A DNA stretch of 64,000 bases from Pelagomonas calceolata. Taxonomy: Eukaryota. How positions within the stretch are numbered: position 1 is the stretch's first letter; each line of letters opens with the position of its first letter. Location of the stretch: contig CAKKNE010000006.1 in assembly GCA_918797485.1 (NCBI GenBank), forward strand, positions 1,488,001-1,552,000, given 5' to 3'. This document shows, piece after piece, positions 39,976 to 50,443 of the stretch. A model generated the notes under the pieces. That model was given only the letters and a program-made list of their open reading frames with translations. It was not told the DNA's origin and ran no database searches. The translations under genes and the position numbers were made by a program.

Positions 39976-40469
39976 CTTGTGTGTCTTCGCTTGCTCGTGT
40001 GTCTATAGGCTGCCTGTCTAGGCTGCCCTTGGCTGCGCGACGCGCTTGGCTGGCCTCGGGTTGGCGTTCGGCTGATCCCGCAGACGTCGCGTCGAGCGAC
40101 GCTGCGTTCGCGGCTGTCCTCGGCTACGCCCTTCGCGGCCGCTAACCTTGTCTCGGCCGCTAACTCTAGGGGGTAACAAGCTACTAGAAGACGGCCCGCC
40201 GTAGACGCGTGCGACGGGCGAGATGCAGGCTTCCAAAGCACCCTTCAACGCCGTCGGTCGGCAATTGAGACCGCTCCGATTTTTTGAAAGCGAATTCACA
40301 GCGCTCGGCAATGCGTTGAGGCCGCCGCGCACGACGCTAAGCGACGGCAGCGTGATTCGAGGGCCGGAGACACCCGTCCGAGCCGCGCGTACGCGCGCGC
40401 ATCGAAGGGCGGCCTTCTCCTCGCATTCCGAGCGGCTCGTGAAGCTGCTGCTGCTCTGGGAGGCCCAAA

Positions 40470-40871
40470 ATGGACATCGCGCCGCCGGCGCAAGCCCTCA
40501 CGCCCGAGTTCAAGCGCAACCTGCGCAAGGCGGCCGCGCACGAGCAGAAGAAGCTCCTGCAGGAACGGTACGCGGCGGCCGTAGCAAAGGGACAGCCCGT
40601 CGACGCCGTCGAGGCGGCCTGGTTCGAGCTCTACGAGGAACCCATGGTGCTCGGGAGCTTCGCGGCCTTCGTCGAGTTCGGCCGACTGGGAGAACTGGTG
40701 GGAAGGACGCCGCGCGACGACGTCTGCCTCCACACGCTGCGCGACGACGAGCGCGTCTCCACGCCGCCGCTCGGGCCCTCGAACGTCCGACCGACGCCGC
40801 CGCCGGGCTCGGCCAAGAAATCGCGCGACTTCGCGGGCCGCCGAGCGCGGGCGACTCCTCCCCGCGCCTGA
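40470..40871 (+). CDS. Hypothetical protein
   Basis: 133-aa ATG ORF with GC3-rich codons, divergent from CFAP52; a degenerate motif lies at 40166-40187. Confidence 0.4.
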   Translation: MDIAPPAQALTPEFKRNLRKAAAHEQKKLLQERYAAAVAKGQPVDAVEAAWFELYEEPMVLGSFAAFVEFGRLGELVGRTPRDDVCLHTLRDDERVSTPPLGPSNVRPTPPPGSAKKSRDFAGRRARATPPRA

Positions 40872-40908
40872 AGACCAAAGAAGACCAAAGCCTAGTAATG
40901 TTTCAAGT

Positions 40909-41619
40909 TTACGCCGCGGCCTTCGCCGCCGTGGGAGACGCCTCGGCGTTGCGCTCGGCGCCGGCATCCGCCAACTTCGCGCGCATCTTCTGGATGGACG
41001 CCTCCAACCGACGGTTCTGGTCCTCGGCGTCGCGCCTTCTCAACTCCTCGCGCAGCGCCTCGACCTCCACACTTTGGGGCGACCGCTCCCTCCCTAAAAT
41101 CTGGCGGAACCCGGACCAGAGCCGCTGGAGCTCGGAGACGCGGTGCAGGGCCACGGTCCAGTCGCGCAGGGCGTCGGCCAGGGCGATGCCTCTGTAGACC
41201 GCAACGCGCGACGGACTCTTGTCCTTCGAGAACTTGCCGCCGAACGGCCGCCATTTCAGCGACCCATGGGCAATAAAAGATATCGTGGGGAACTGGCGCA
41301 CGCCCGCCGCCTGGCAGAGCCGTCGATGCTCCGTGCTCATCTCGCAGGAAAACTTGACCACGGATAATCGTTTCGTCTTCTTCGTGGCGTGCCATTTCGA
41401 CACGGCGTCCCACAGCGGCAGCACGCGCTGGCAGTAGGCGCCGGCCTCGCCGTAGGGCGAGTAGAAGAAGACGGCGTAGTCTTGTTTAGGTCTGTAGCCG
41501 CCCAGGGCTTGCGTTAAGTTAGTCAAAGGTATGACCGGCGTGAGGGCGCCGGGCGCGCGCGGCGCCTGGGTCGCTTGCTTGGCGGCGTAGGTTGTCGTGG
41601 CGAGGAGCAGGAGCCTCAT
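40909..41619 (-). CDS. Secretory thioredoxin-fold protein (atypical active site) with C-terminal coiled coil
   Basis: Signal peptide; VFFYSPY...YCQRVLPLWD, LCQAAGVRQFPTISF. Confidence 0.7.
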   Translation of the reverse strand: MRLLLLATTTYAAKQATQAPRAPGALTPVIPLTNLTQALGGYRPKQDYAVFFYSPYGEAGAYCQRVLPLWDAVSKWHATKKTKRLSVVKFSCEMSTEHRRLCQAAGVRQFPTISFIAHGSLKWRPFGGKFSKDKSPSRVAVYRGIALADALRDWTVALHRVSELQRLWSGFRQILGRERSPQSVEVEALREELRRRDAEDQNRRLEASIQKMRAKLADAGAERNAEASPTAAKAAA

Positions 41620-42124
41620 GTTATTTCTTCTTTCTCAGAATGTTCGGCGCTAAAGTAGATGTCTTGGAATCGGACCGGCAGTCGTCGGAGCGTGGGCGGC
41701 TGCGGCGTAGGTTGTATGTGTAACCTCAGCTCAGCGATGCAGCAGTACGTAGCACAGGCGCAGCGAGGCGCAGCGCTGGTCAGCACAGCAAGCGAGGGTC
41801 ACAAGTACCTTATTGGCCTTGGTGCAAGCCGAGACGAGTTAGCTAGCTCATAGGCCTACTAGGCGCAAGCACTCGTCGTCAAAGCGCAACCCAGGACTCC
41901 ACCCGAGAGCCGTAGACCCGCGGCAGAGATCGCTCGCTCGAGACCAGCATCGACGAGAGGAATCGAAAGCTTCCCAACACAAACTGTGCACCGTGCCAGT
42001 GGATATATAACACGCCGCCCGCCCGCGCGTACACAAAAACCACAGCGCGCGCGCGACGAGCCACGCCACCGCCACAAAAAGCGGGCAGCGCAGGACGCAG
42101 CCCCAACCCAACCAACACCAAAAG

Positions 42125-45100
42125 ATGGCCACCAAGGCCGCCGCGCGGCGGCGCCTCCGGGCCCTGCGAGCTTTACTGAATAAGGACTTAAGTGGAGACG
42201 CGCCGGGCGCGCTCTTGTTCGTCTGCGGCGTCGACGGGAAAGACAATTGGGCCTCGTCGTCGGTCGTGCGGTGGCTTTGCTTGGGAGAGAGCGGGTCGTC
42301 GTTGATCGATGAACGACCGAGGCCCTTCAACCACGACCAGTGGGCCGCGCTCGAGGAGACCGCTCTACTCATGACGCGGGATTCGTTAAGGGTGCTGTAC
42401 GACGCGGCGGCGGGTGACGTGTTGGCACCTTTGCTGACGTGTGGCGCGGGAGGCATTTCAGAGTACGTGCTACCATCCACGGACGATCCCGAACAACGAG
42501 AAAAAGATAAGGTCGCGAAGTTCGAAAGGATGTTAGATGCTGGACTAGGTCCTGAATCAAGGACATTGGGAGTAGCCATCCCGTCCGCCGCCTCGTCAGC
42601 GCGAGAGGAGTGCGAGTACTGGCCGTTAGTGCAAGCCTTAGCGGCTGGTGGTGAAAAAACGTTCTTGTCGCGGAGGCACGACGTCGTCGACGCGTCGCAA
42701 ATACTGAGACAAGTGTTGGTAGCGCCGGACGCCGACTTACTCCGGGAAGCTTTACGGAGAGCCACACCGGCATTAAGACGGCACGTCGAGGAGGCCTTCA
42801 AGAACTGCCGAGGGCCGATGGGCGTGAAAGGCGACGTCGCAGCCGAGTCCATAAGGCAGCCGCTGGAGACCTTCGACGAGTACGACGGTGCCGTTCAGGG
42901 GGAGGGCGGGCCCCTCGCGTCCATCGGATGTGCGTCGCTAGACCTGAAAGAGGGTGACGGCGACGCTCACGTCGTCTTCCAGGCGCGCGAGCCGTCGACG
43001 GGGCTGCGCGTTTGTAGAACCTACTTCCTGCGGAGCGGCGCGTTCGCGACGTTAGATGGGTCGAAGATAGAGGAGGACGAGGCCCTTCTCACACTGTCGT
43101 CGACCTACGCCGACCTATGTTCTAAGTTCAGGGGGGCGGCGCCCTCTCTAGATAGACTGAAGAAGGCCTTTCCTTCGGCCGCTTTCTATGCGCAGACGAC
43201 GGACTGCCTCGGGAACGTCCTGCAAGAGGAGGCCGAAGGGTCGTTAACGTTCGTCCGCGTTTCTGTAAAAACGAAGTTTGGCGTCGTGGCCGTCGGCGAC
43301 ACCTTTTTGGAGGGCGGTGGGCTCTTAACCGGAGACCGCTGCGCGCCCTACTGCAAAGTGGTCGGCGCGTCCAGTGGTCGAGAACGAGAGGCCGCGGAGG
43401 CCATCAAAAGAAGGCTAAGAGATGCCCACGGCCCGCGGTCGGAGGAACTGCAACTGGGGAAGCGGCTAGAATCCTACTCCCACGCCACGCTGGTCCTCGG
43501 CTTTGTTGACAGAGACCCCGTCCCGCACGTCGGGCGGTTGGAGCTCTACGAAGACGGATTCGTCCTCGCGGACGGTGGCCTGGCGCCTCTCGTCGTGTCG
43601 TTTGCGAGACAAGACTGCTCTAAAATAGCCGTCGTGCAGGTGTCGAAGGACGCCCACGGCGTGGCCATGGAGCTTAAGGATCCTTCTCACTTACGAGCGG
43701 GGTCTATCGTTGATGCCTCATATGCCGTGCTTGTGGTGCGGAAGCATGCGCCCGCCAGAAGAGCCGTGGACGGTTCGATAGAGCGGTGGCGCCGCCACTG
43801 TTCGCGCGAGGACGCTCGCGAGTTAGTGAAGCAAGCTCAGGACGCGGCAGCGAGGTGCTGGACCGAAGAAGCCCTGGGCTTGTCTCGCGGCTTATCTGAC
43901 GTGCAGGATGCGAAAGTAGAAGCGTTAATCGACGCCTATGCGGAGCGGAGCGGGTCCCGTACTATAGATCGCCTCTTCGGCGCTTCGAGTAATGAGGCCC
44001 CTGCCAAGAAGGGGCCGCCCGCCTATCTGATTATCGGCGAACCCGGTTCTGGCGTGGCCGACGTCGCCTGCGCTGTTCTCAGGAGAATCGCGGAAGTCGA
44101 TCAAGTAAAGTGGCACCACTGCGAGGCGTTACGAGTGGATGACCGCGTCGATTTGTCGGTCGAGGGCGTGGCGCATTTGGCGCGGGCGGCGGCAGCAGCA
44201 AACAAGTCCAGACTGTTAATAAGCTTCTGCGTGAACGACTCGTCGTTAGCTTGCGCCACGGCCTGCGCGAGAGCAGGGATCACCGTGGCCGGCATCGCGT
44301 CGGTGCACTCGGCGGCGTTACTCGCGGAGGCGTATCCTGATTTGTGTGCGGGTGTCTCGGACCGGAACGCCGTCGCTACGACTCTAGTGGTGCAGGACTC
44401 GCGAGCGGGTCCGAATATCGGTGAAGCGGAGAAGCTGCTCCAGAAGCGGTTAAGGGCGGAAGGTTTGCAATTAAAAGCTTGTCGACGGTCGCGCTTCGCG
44501 ACGGCGTCGAATGTCGTGGACGCGTTGCTACCCGCAAGTGGCGCGGCGTACGAGCACGAGGCAACGTGGTCGAAACCCGCGGACCACCAGTTTTTGGGTC
44601 GAGACAATTCGAGGTTGTTCTCGGCGTTGTACGCGCCGCCTCGCACGCCCCGAGACTTTATGTCGACCTACGTCAAGTGTAGTGTAGGATCCTTAGATCG
44701 GGAACTGCTCAAGGTCGTCCTCAAAGAGTTGTTACCATCAGCGACGTTCGACGACGGCGTCGTGGCCTTCGCCGCTCAGAGTAACAGCACCACCTCGAGA
44801 CCCCCGCTCAAGGCGCTGTTCGACATTGCTCGTAATAAAGTCCGGGCCAAGAGGGACGGCGAGCAGCGCCTCAAGGAATTACCGAGAGATATCGAGCACT
44901 GGAAGGCGTTGTACAAGGACAGCGTTTCACTTCTACAAGGTGGTGTGGACGCGCTGGACGGTTTTGTGGATTTGTCCGTCGATGGCCGGCCCTTACTCCG
45001 ACCGGCGGCGCTCGACGGGAACCGCAGGGTCGTGGGCTGCACGCCGTTGCCCGAGACGCACGGCGCCTGCTCTGGGCAACGCTTCGTCGGCCTCAAGGTA

Positions 45101-45400
45101 CGACGAGGCGTCGCCGGTAAAGCATTAGATCACCTGCTGGGTCTGGCCGCGACCACCCCAAGAATCGCGCGGCCGCGGCGCGAGGAGAAATCACTCACGA
45201 GGGACGAGCGCGTCAGGATCTGCAAGCTCGCCGAGGACCGGCCCCTGCCGCCGGGCTGGGCTTTTGATGGGGCTTGTTATGTGGATGGGTTCGGGCGGCG
45301 GAGCCGGCTCCGGCCGGACGCGACGGAGCTGTGTTTGGAGTGGCTGGAAGGCGTCAATGCTGGTGTCGACGCGTGGAACAAAGCCATCGCGCAACAGTAA
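42125..45400 (+). CDS. DNAAF9: Dynein axonemal assembly factor 9 (C20orf194/Shulin)-like
   Basis: N-terminal LLFVCGVDGKDN, central RTYFL, degenerate P-loop IIGEPGSG, C-terminal PLPPGWAFDG..YVDGFG; 1091 aa. Confidence 0.65.
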   Translation: MATKAAARRRLRALRALLNKDLSGDAPGALLFVCGVDGKDNWASSSVVRWLCLGESGSSLIDERPRPFNHDQWAALEETALLMTRDSLRVLYDAAAGDVLAPLLTCGAGGISEYVLPSTDDPEQREKDKVAKFERMLDAGLGPESRTLGVAIPSAASSAREECEYWPLVQALAAGGEKTFLSRRHDVVDASQILRQVLVAPDADLLREALRRATPALRRHVEEAFKNCRGPMGVKGDVAAESIRQPLETFDEYDGAVQGEGGPLASIGCASLDLKEGDGDAHVVFQAREPSTGLRVCRTYFLRSGAFATLDGSKIEEDEALLTLSSTYADLCSKFRGAAPSLDRLKKAFPSAAFYAQTTDCLGNVLQEEAEGSLTFVRVSVKTKFGVVAVGDTFLEGGGLLTGDRCAPYCKVVGASSGREREAAEAIKRRLRDAHGPRSEELQLGKRLESYSHATLVLGFVDRDPVPHVGRLELYEDGFVLADGGLAPLVVSFARQDCSKIAVVQVSKDAHGVAMELKDPSHLRAGSIVDASYAVLVVRKHAPARRAVDGSIERWRRHCSREDARELVKQAQDAAARCWTEEALGLSRGLSDVQDAKVEALIDAYAERSGSRTIDRLFGASSNEAPAKKGPPAYLIIGEPGSGVADVACAVLRRIAEVDQVKWHHCEALRVDDRVDLSVEGVAHLARAAAAANKSRLLISFCVNDSSLACATACARAGITVAGIASVHSAALLAEAYPDLCAGVSDRNAVATTLVVQDSRAGPNIGEAEKLLQKRLRAEGLQLKACRRSRFATASNVVDALLPASGAAYEHEATWSKPADHQFLGRDNSRLFSALYAPPRTPRDFMSTYVKCSVGSLDRELLKVVLKELLPSATFDDGVVAFAAQSNSTTSRPPLKALFDIARNKVRAKRDGEQRLKELPRDIEHWKALYKDSVSLLQGGVDALDGFVDLSVDGRPLLRPAALDGNRRVVGCTPLPETHGACSGQRFVGLKVRRGVAGKALDHLLGLAATTPRIARPRREEKSLTRDERVRICKLAEDRPLPPGWAFDGACYVDGFGRRSRLRPDATELCLEWLEGVNAGVDAWNKAIAQQ

Positions 45401-45402
45401 TA

Positions 45403-46744
45403 CTAGAAATCCCTCTTTATAGGTGGTGTCCGTTGCCGCCCGGATAGCGGCGGCACCGAAGCGACGTCGTCCGCCGCCCCCAGGACAATGTCGACGGGCA
45501 CGCGCGCCGTCACGACGTCGTCGGGCGCGCCGTCGGCGGACACGCGCTGGCCCCGCGCGACCGTCACCTTCACGCTGTCGCCCGGCCGCTTCCGATCTAA
45601 TGCTTTGAATAGGTCCGCCTCGCCGTTAATACTCCTCCCGTCGACGTCCACAATAACGTCTCCTAGTGTGAGCGCGCCGTCTGGCGACCGAGAAGTGCCC
45701 CGGACGCCCGCCAGAGCTGCGGGGCCGTCCGCTGGCGCGGCTAGTACCTGTGTGGAAATCAACCAGTGACCGCGGCCATGTTTTCGGCTCAAACTGGGAC
45801 ACTCGACCGCGTAGAGCGAGCAGCACCTCACGCAGACCACGAGAGACCCCAAATTGTTGAAGTTTGATTTCCTCACCGGCGAGCACCAACACGCCCGCGT
45901 CGATGCCCAGCGCCTTGGCCTGCTGGCCGCCCAGAAAGGTAATACCCAACACGGGCCTCCTCACTCTACCATCATCAACTAAGGCCTTGACGACCGTAGA
46001 TAAAGTGTCCACCGGAATCGCGAAGCCGACACCCGAGGACGCCCCAGAAGGACTATATATAGCCGTGTTCATGCCTATGAGTCGGCCGGACGAGTCCAAG
46101 AGAGGCCCACCGGAATTCCCGGGGTTGATCGCGGCGTCCGTCTGGATGACATTTGTAATTGGTCTTCCGGTAGGACTGCGTACTTCCCGTCCTAGGCCCG
46201 AGATGACGCCCTGCGTCAGCGTGTGGTCCAGGCCGAAGGGGTTGCCCACGGCAAACACGGAAGCCCCCACTCGTAAGTTAGAAGACGTACCGACGGCGAT
46301 CTTCCTTAGTTTGTCTCGAGGTATATCGTCTACGGTAAGTACAGCGATGTCCTTGTCCGGGTCGACGCCTCGCAGCTGCGCTTTCCGCGACAGCTTCGTC
46401 CCGCCGTCCACTAACAATGTAACATCAGCGGCGGCGGCGTTTCTTATAACATGATAGTTCGTGACGATGTGCCCTCGATCATCCCAGACGAATCCAGACC
46501 CCGTGCCCTGGGGCACGTCCATGTTCATGGACACGGCTTCCCGTTGCTCCGCGAAGGTGTCGATGAATACTACGCTCTTCGTGGCCTTCTCGAAGAGTTG
46601 TATGGTTTCTAACTCGGCTTGGCGCAAAGCCGCGGCGTTCGCGGGGAGTGAGGCTAATGAGGCGTAGGCGCCTAAGATTGATCGCCGGTCTAGCGCCGGT
46701 TTGAGCGCATGTGACGTTGCGAGCAGGCACCACGCGCCGCGCAT
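45403..46744 (-). CDS. Deg/HtrA serine protease (Deg1/Deg8 type, probably thylakoid lumen), two exons (46744-45887, 45747-45403)
   Basis: GTGSGFVWD..GHIVTNYHVI, DKDIAVL, IQTDAAINPGNSGGPLL. PDZ GVL|VLAAPADGPA...LGDVIVDVDG is restored after splicing. Confidence 0.9.
45748..45886 (-). mobile_element. Introner element intron (139 nt)
   Basis: TSD GTGCTCGC/GTACTAGC; TIR CGGTGAGGAAATCAA...TTGATTTCCACACAG; splicing from the TSD GT to the TIR AG restores frame. Confidence 0.85.
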
Positions 46745-46899
46745 TGTTCTAGCAGGCACTGCTGCTAAAGCTCGTGCAATGCTAGCGCACGCCTGGTGCT
46801 TAGTCCTGAGCAACGCTTAGCCACCTGGCAAACTTTTGTTCGCGATTTAGTCAGTGCGGGGGCTTTTGCTCGTGCTGGAAAAGTGTGCTGAAATAGTAG

Positions 46900-46921
46900 C
46901 TAGCGGCACGTAAGACACTAG
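46900..46921 (+). promoter_or_regulatory. CTAG-N14-CTAG upstream motif copy
   Basis: ctagcggcacgtaagacactag, 156 bp upstream of the Deg start. Confidence 0.65.
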
Positions 46922-47000
46922 CAGGATTCTAGGATCTTCTTAACTCGCGCACGACTCCGGGACTTCGTTGGAGGTGCGGCGAGGAGGTAGGGGAAGGCAC

Positions 47001-48733
47001 CTAGTGGAGGAAGACAGCGGCGAGCAGGGCCGCGGCGCCGGCGGCGAAAGCGTTCGTGGCGCCGGCGCCGTCCGTGCTCAGGCAGCCGCGGTGCGCGACC
47101 GGCGCCGGGACCGGCACCGTCGTGAGGAACATCTCGGCGTGGATGATGTAGTAGTCGGCGCCGTAGGCCGTGTAGCCCTCGGTCACCATGCGGTCGCTCA
47201 GGGAGTAGTGCCAGTAGGGCGTCACCAGGTGGCTCACAGGCTGCTCCGCCAGGATGGCCGCGTGGGCCTCGGCCGTCGCCGCGACGCGCGCCGTGTGCCC
47301 CTCCGCCACGTTCAGGGCGTCGAGCTTCACGTCGACGTTTGTGGACGAGAAGCCGCCGTTGTACTTGGTGCTGCCCCCGTCGGTGTGAAAAAAATTGTTG
47401 AGGAACGCTGCGGGGTCGCCCGTGGCCAGCACGTTCTGCGACCACATGAGGATGTCGAAGTCCCCGGCGGCGACGCGGTCCGTGAGTTCGACCCAGTCGT
47501 CGGCGTAGAGTCCCCCCGTCGCGTTAAGGTAAGTCCCGTCTGTGGTCATGCGGTCGTTCACAGTGATCCCCAGAGCTTCTAGATTCGATTTGATCTCCGG
47601 TTGCATGAGCCCCAAGTCCGGGCGGAACTCGTAGGCACAGAGCTCGATCGTGAGCTCCTGGCCGTCCTTCGTGCGCTTGTTGGATGAATCGAGCGTCCAG
47701 CCGGCATCGTCGAGGAGTGCCCCGGCCTCGGTCGCTTTGGCCAAGGAACTGCCTAGGTTGTCCTGGTAGTAGGGCGTGTTTTGAGGGAAGAGGCTCCGCG
47801 TGCCATGGCCTCCCTTCAATAAATCCATGGCATCTTCGCGGTCGATAGCTAGATCGATCGCCTGGCGCACCTTGAGGTCCGCAACGGGGCTGGGGGCTGT
47901 TTTTGCCATGTTGTAGAACATCCTGCGCGGGAGACCGTCGGGAGCCGTTCTCTCGTTCGAACGAGTGATCGAGACGCGGGGGCGCGCATGTAGGTCTGGC
48001 TCACCCCGAAGGACCGGACGTTGACGCCGGTCGTGTTTCTTAAAGTATCAAGGGTGTCGACCGGCACCTTAAAAGCGATGTCCAGGTTCGCTGCGTCAGC
48101 GGCCAGCGCGGCCCCGTTTTCGTACTTGGTCATCTTGATCGGGCGGCGCTCGGTGTGCTGCGGGTAATACGTGTTGGGCACCAGGTCGACGTGGTCGTTG
48201 GCGACGAACTCGGTGATCTTGTAGGGGCCCGTGTAGACGAAGTCCGTGCCAACCTTCTTGTACACTACGAAGACATAGTCGGCGAGCACCGCGTCCATGA
48301 TGGGCGTGGCTTTCGTGCTCTTGATCCGCACCGTCCCGTCGCACGGCACCGTTGCCTCGATGTCGCCGAGCGACGACTGCGTATTGTCGTTCATCGTGTG
48401 CAGTTCGTTCAGGCAGTTCGCGACGTCTTGCGCCGTGACCGGGGTCCCGTCGCTGAACTTGTAGTCCGGCTTCAGGTCAATATCCCACTCGAACTCGCTC
48501 ACTTTCCCCGCCGACTGGGCCACCTCCGGGACGATCTCGCCGTCCGCATTCAGCGTAAAGAGCTTCTCCGCGACGCCGTGCATCACGAGCGCCCACCCAT
48601 TCGAATCAAGCCGGGGATCCTGTGATGCCGTCGGCACGAGATGGCCCACCAGCAACGTGTCGTCGGCGGAGGAGAACGTGTCGCCCGCAGCCGCCGCGGC
48701 GCCAAACGACGCCAGGGCAACGAGGACGCGCAT
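47001..48733 (-). CDS. Bacterial-type ABC solute-binding protein family 5 (NikA/DppA/OppA-like) with signal peptide and GPI-like tail; exons 48733-47988 and 47922-47001
   Basis: GVAEKLF...GEIVPEVA, LKPDYKFSDGTPVTAQDV, TGPYKI, DLKVRQAIDLAIDRE, A.ALLDDAGW, L.ALGI.V. Confidence 0.85.
47923..47987 (-). other. 65-nt GC-AG intron (phase 2)
   Basis: TAC AT|GCGCGC...CCCGCGCAG|G ATG TTC joins the two SBP ORFs in frame (SQTYMMFYN). Confidence 0.7.
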
Positions 48734-49097
48734 GAGGCCTGCGCGGGACGGGCGCGGTCTCGCGCTGGTTTGCAACGGCGATTGTTCCTCGCGCGCGCGC
48801 GCGCGAGGGCAGCCCTCGGGCAGCCTCCCAGCAACAAGGGCAGCCGTGCACGCGCGGCGTCGCAATGCCGCCGCAACCGCCCGGCGCAGCACCTACGATG
48901 GCTCGCATGGACGCCGCGCACGCGCTGTTGGATAACGCCATATCGACGCGCAATCGGATGGCAACGAGCCGGAAAGTCTCAAAGAGTCTTGATAATGATT
49001 CTCCTCGCCAGGTGGCCGCGCCTCAACTTCGACTTCGCGCGGCGCCACGCGTGGAGCGGGGAGCGAGCACAACAGCACATTACTCAGCAGCGAGGGC

Positions 49098-49619
49098 CTA
49101 AGAGTCGTCCGAGTCACTATCCGACGAGCCGTACGCGACCAGCCCAGACAAGGGCGCCGGAGCAGGCGCCGGCGCCGGTGCGTCCACCCGCCGCCGCTTC
49201 AGGACCGGCGCGGGACCCTCGTCCACCTTATTCTTCACACGAGGCGCCACGACGACCGAGGGCGCCGGCGCCTTCGCCGCGTCCGCCCGGAACGCCCGCA
49301 CGGCGCTGTCCTCCGCCGCCTTCGCTTTCGCTCGCCGCTCGTTGTCGGCCTGCTGCTGGCCCTTCGTGTACATCATGTCGCTGTGGTCGAAGGCCCCGCA
49401 CTTATCGAGCCAGTGCGGCACCTTGACGGCGGCCTCGCCGTCGGCCTCGAACTCGGGCGCGTCCTGGCTCCCGGCCATGTTCTCGTGCACCGTGCGCATG
49501 GACTGGCGCTCCTCCTCCTCTTCCTTGGTGAACTTGTAGCCGACCTTTTCGAGCTCCGCTTCTTGCTTCTTCGCGGCCCGGTCCCAGAAGGACTGGGCGG
49601 CGTTCGTGTGGCCGGCCAT
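49098..49619 (-). CDS. Hypothetical charged nuclear protein
   Basis: ATG 49619; C-terminal LKRRR...LSGLVAYGSSDSDSDD, a tail type common in small nuclear proteins. Confidence 0.55.
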   Translation of the reverse strand: MAGHTNAAQSFWDRAAKKQEAELEKVGYKFTKEEEEERQSMRTVHENMAGSQDAPEFEADGEAAVKVPHWLDKCGAFDHSDMMYTKGQQQADNERRAKAKAAEDSAVRAFRADAAKAPAPSVVVAPRVKNKVDEGPAPVLKRRRVDAPAPAPAPAPLSGLVAYGSSDSDSDDS

Positions 49620-49835
49620 GGTTTTTTTATGATGCCAAGCAAGAGGACCCCCGGCCCGCGGCACGAGGCCTTGTTTTGAGGGGCGGCTGCGGGTGCGGTC
49701 GGATGCGGTGCTGGGCGCTAGCGGTCGCGCAGCGCGGCAGCAATGCGACGAAGATTACGTTGTGTGAATCCAAGGAGCCAGTCACCGCTTAGCTCGGGCG
49801 ATGGCCTGTCCAACACTTTTGTCAGCGGGAGGAAC

Positions 49836-49856
49836 CTAGCGTGTCAGACACACTAG
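49836..49856 (+). promoter_or_regulatory. Diverged CTAG-N13-CTAG upstream motif copy
   Basis: ctagcgtgtcagacacactag between divergent starts 49619 and 50586, 24 bp from the MITE. Confidence 0.45.
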
Positions 49857-49880
49857 AAACAACAGCGCTCGAGCGCCCTG

Positions 49881-50370
49881 TAGGGCCAGGGACGGACAAA
49901 AAGTTCGGGTCTGAACCGTGTCCGAGTCCGGGCTGGTCTGAGTCCGTCCCAACCTTGGTCTGAGTCCTAGTCCGAGTCTGACTTTTGTCCGAGTCCGAGC
50001 CTGGTCTGAGTCTGAGTCTGAGTCCGAGTCTGAGCCCGAGCCCGGGTCTGAGTCCTAGTCTGAACTTTAGTCTGAGATTTCCGACCAAAAGGGCGATTTT
50101 GGTCCGTTGGGGGATAAAGTTTCCCTCTAGTCCGCTCTCCGTCTGAAGTTTAGTCTGCTCTCCGGTCTGAGTCCTAGTCCGAATCTGAGTCCTAGTCTGA
50201 AGGCTGGTCTGAGTCCTAGTCCGGTCTGAGTCCTAGCCGAGTCTGAGTCCTAGTCCGGTCCGAGTCTGAGCCGGGTCTGAGTCCGTCTCAGTCCGAGTCC
50301 GTCCGAGTCCGAGTCCGAGCCAAGTCCGCCTCGGACTCGGACAAAAGGTTCGGGTCCGTCCCTGGCCCTA
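49881..50370. mobile_element. Non-autonomous DNA transposon (MITE), 490 bp
   Basis: Perfect 17-bp TIR tagggccagggacggac / gtccgtccctggcccta; flanking direct repeat gccctg (49875-49880, 50371-50376); interior of ctgagt/ccgagt/cctagt hexamers. Confidence 0.85.
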
Positions 50371-50443
50371 GCCCTGTGAGACGCCGCTGCTGAGCCTTAC
50401 CGCATCGAGGCGAGGCTGACCCTCGGCGGCCCGGAAGCGGCGG

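Noticed and set aside
37954..45400. Flagellar gene cluster (CFAP52, DNAAF9)
   Set aside because: Only two confident members, separated by unrelated genes; compatible with chance.
45403..46813. Deg, SBP and TPR genes as frameshifted pseudogenes
   Set aside because: Each frame change is resolved exactly by an intron with valid splice sites.
47001..48733. Bacterial contamination or a prokaryotic operon
   Set aside because: The gene has a spliceosomal-type intron, host-like codon usage and eukaryotic neighbours, with no operon partners.
49881..50370. Hexamer array as telomeric repeat or coding sequence (LRLGLR/TRTRT ORFs)
   Set aside because: Units are heterogeneous and enclosed by TIRs and a TSD; the ORFs are repeat translations.
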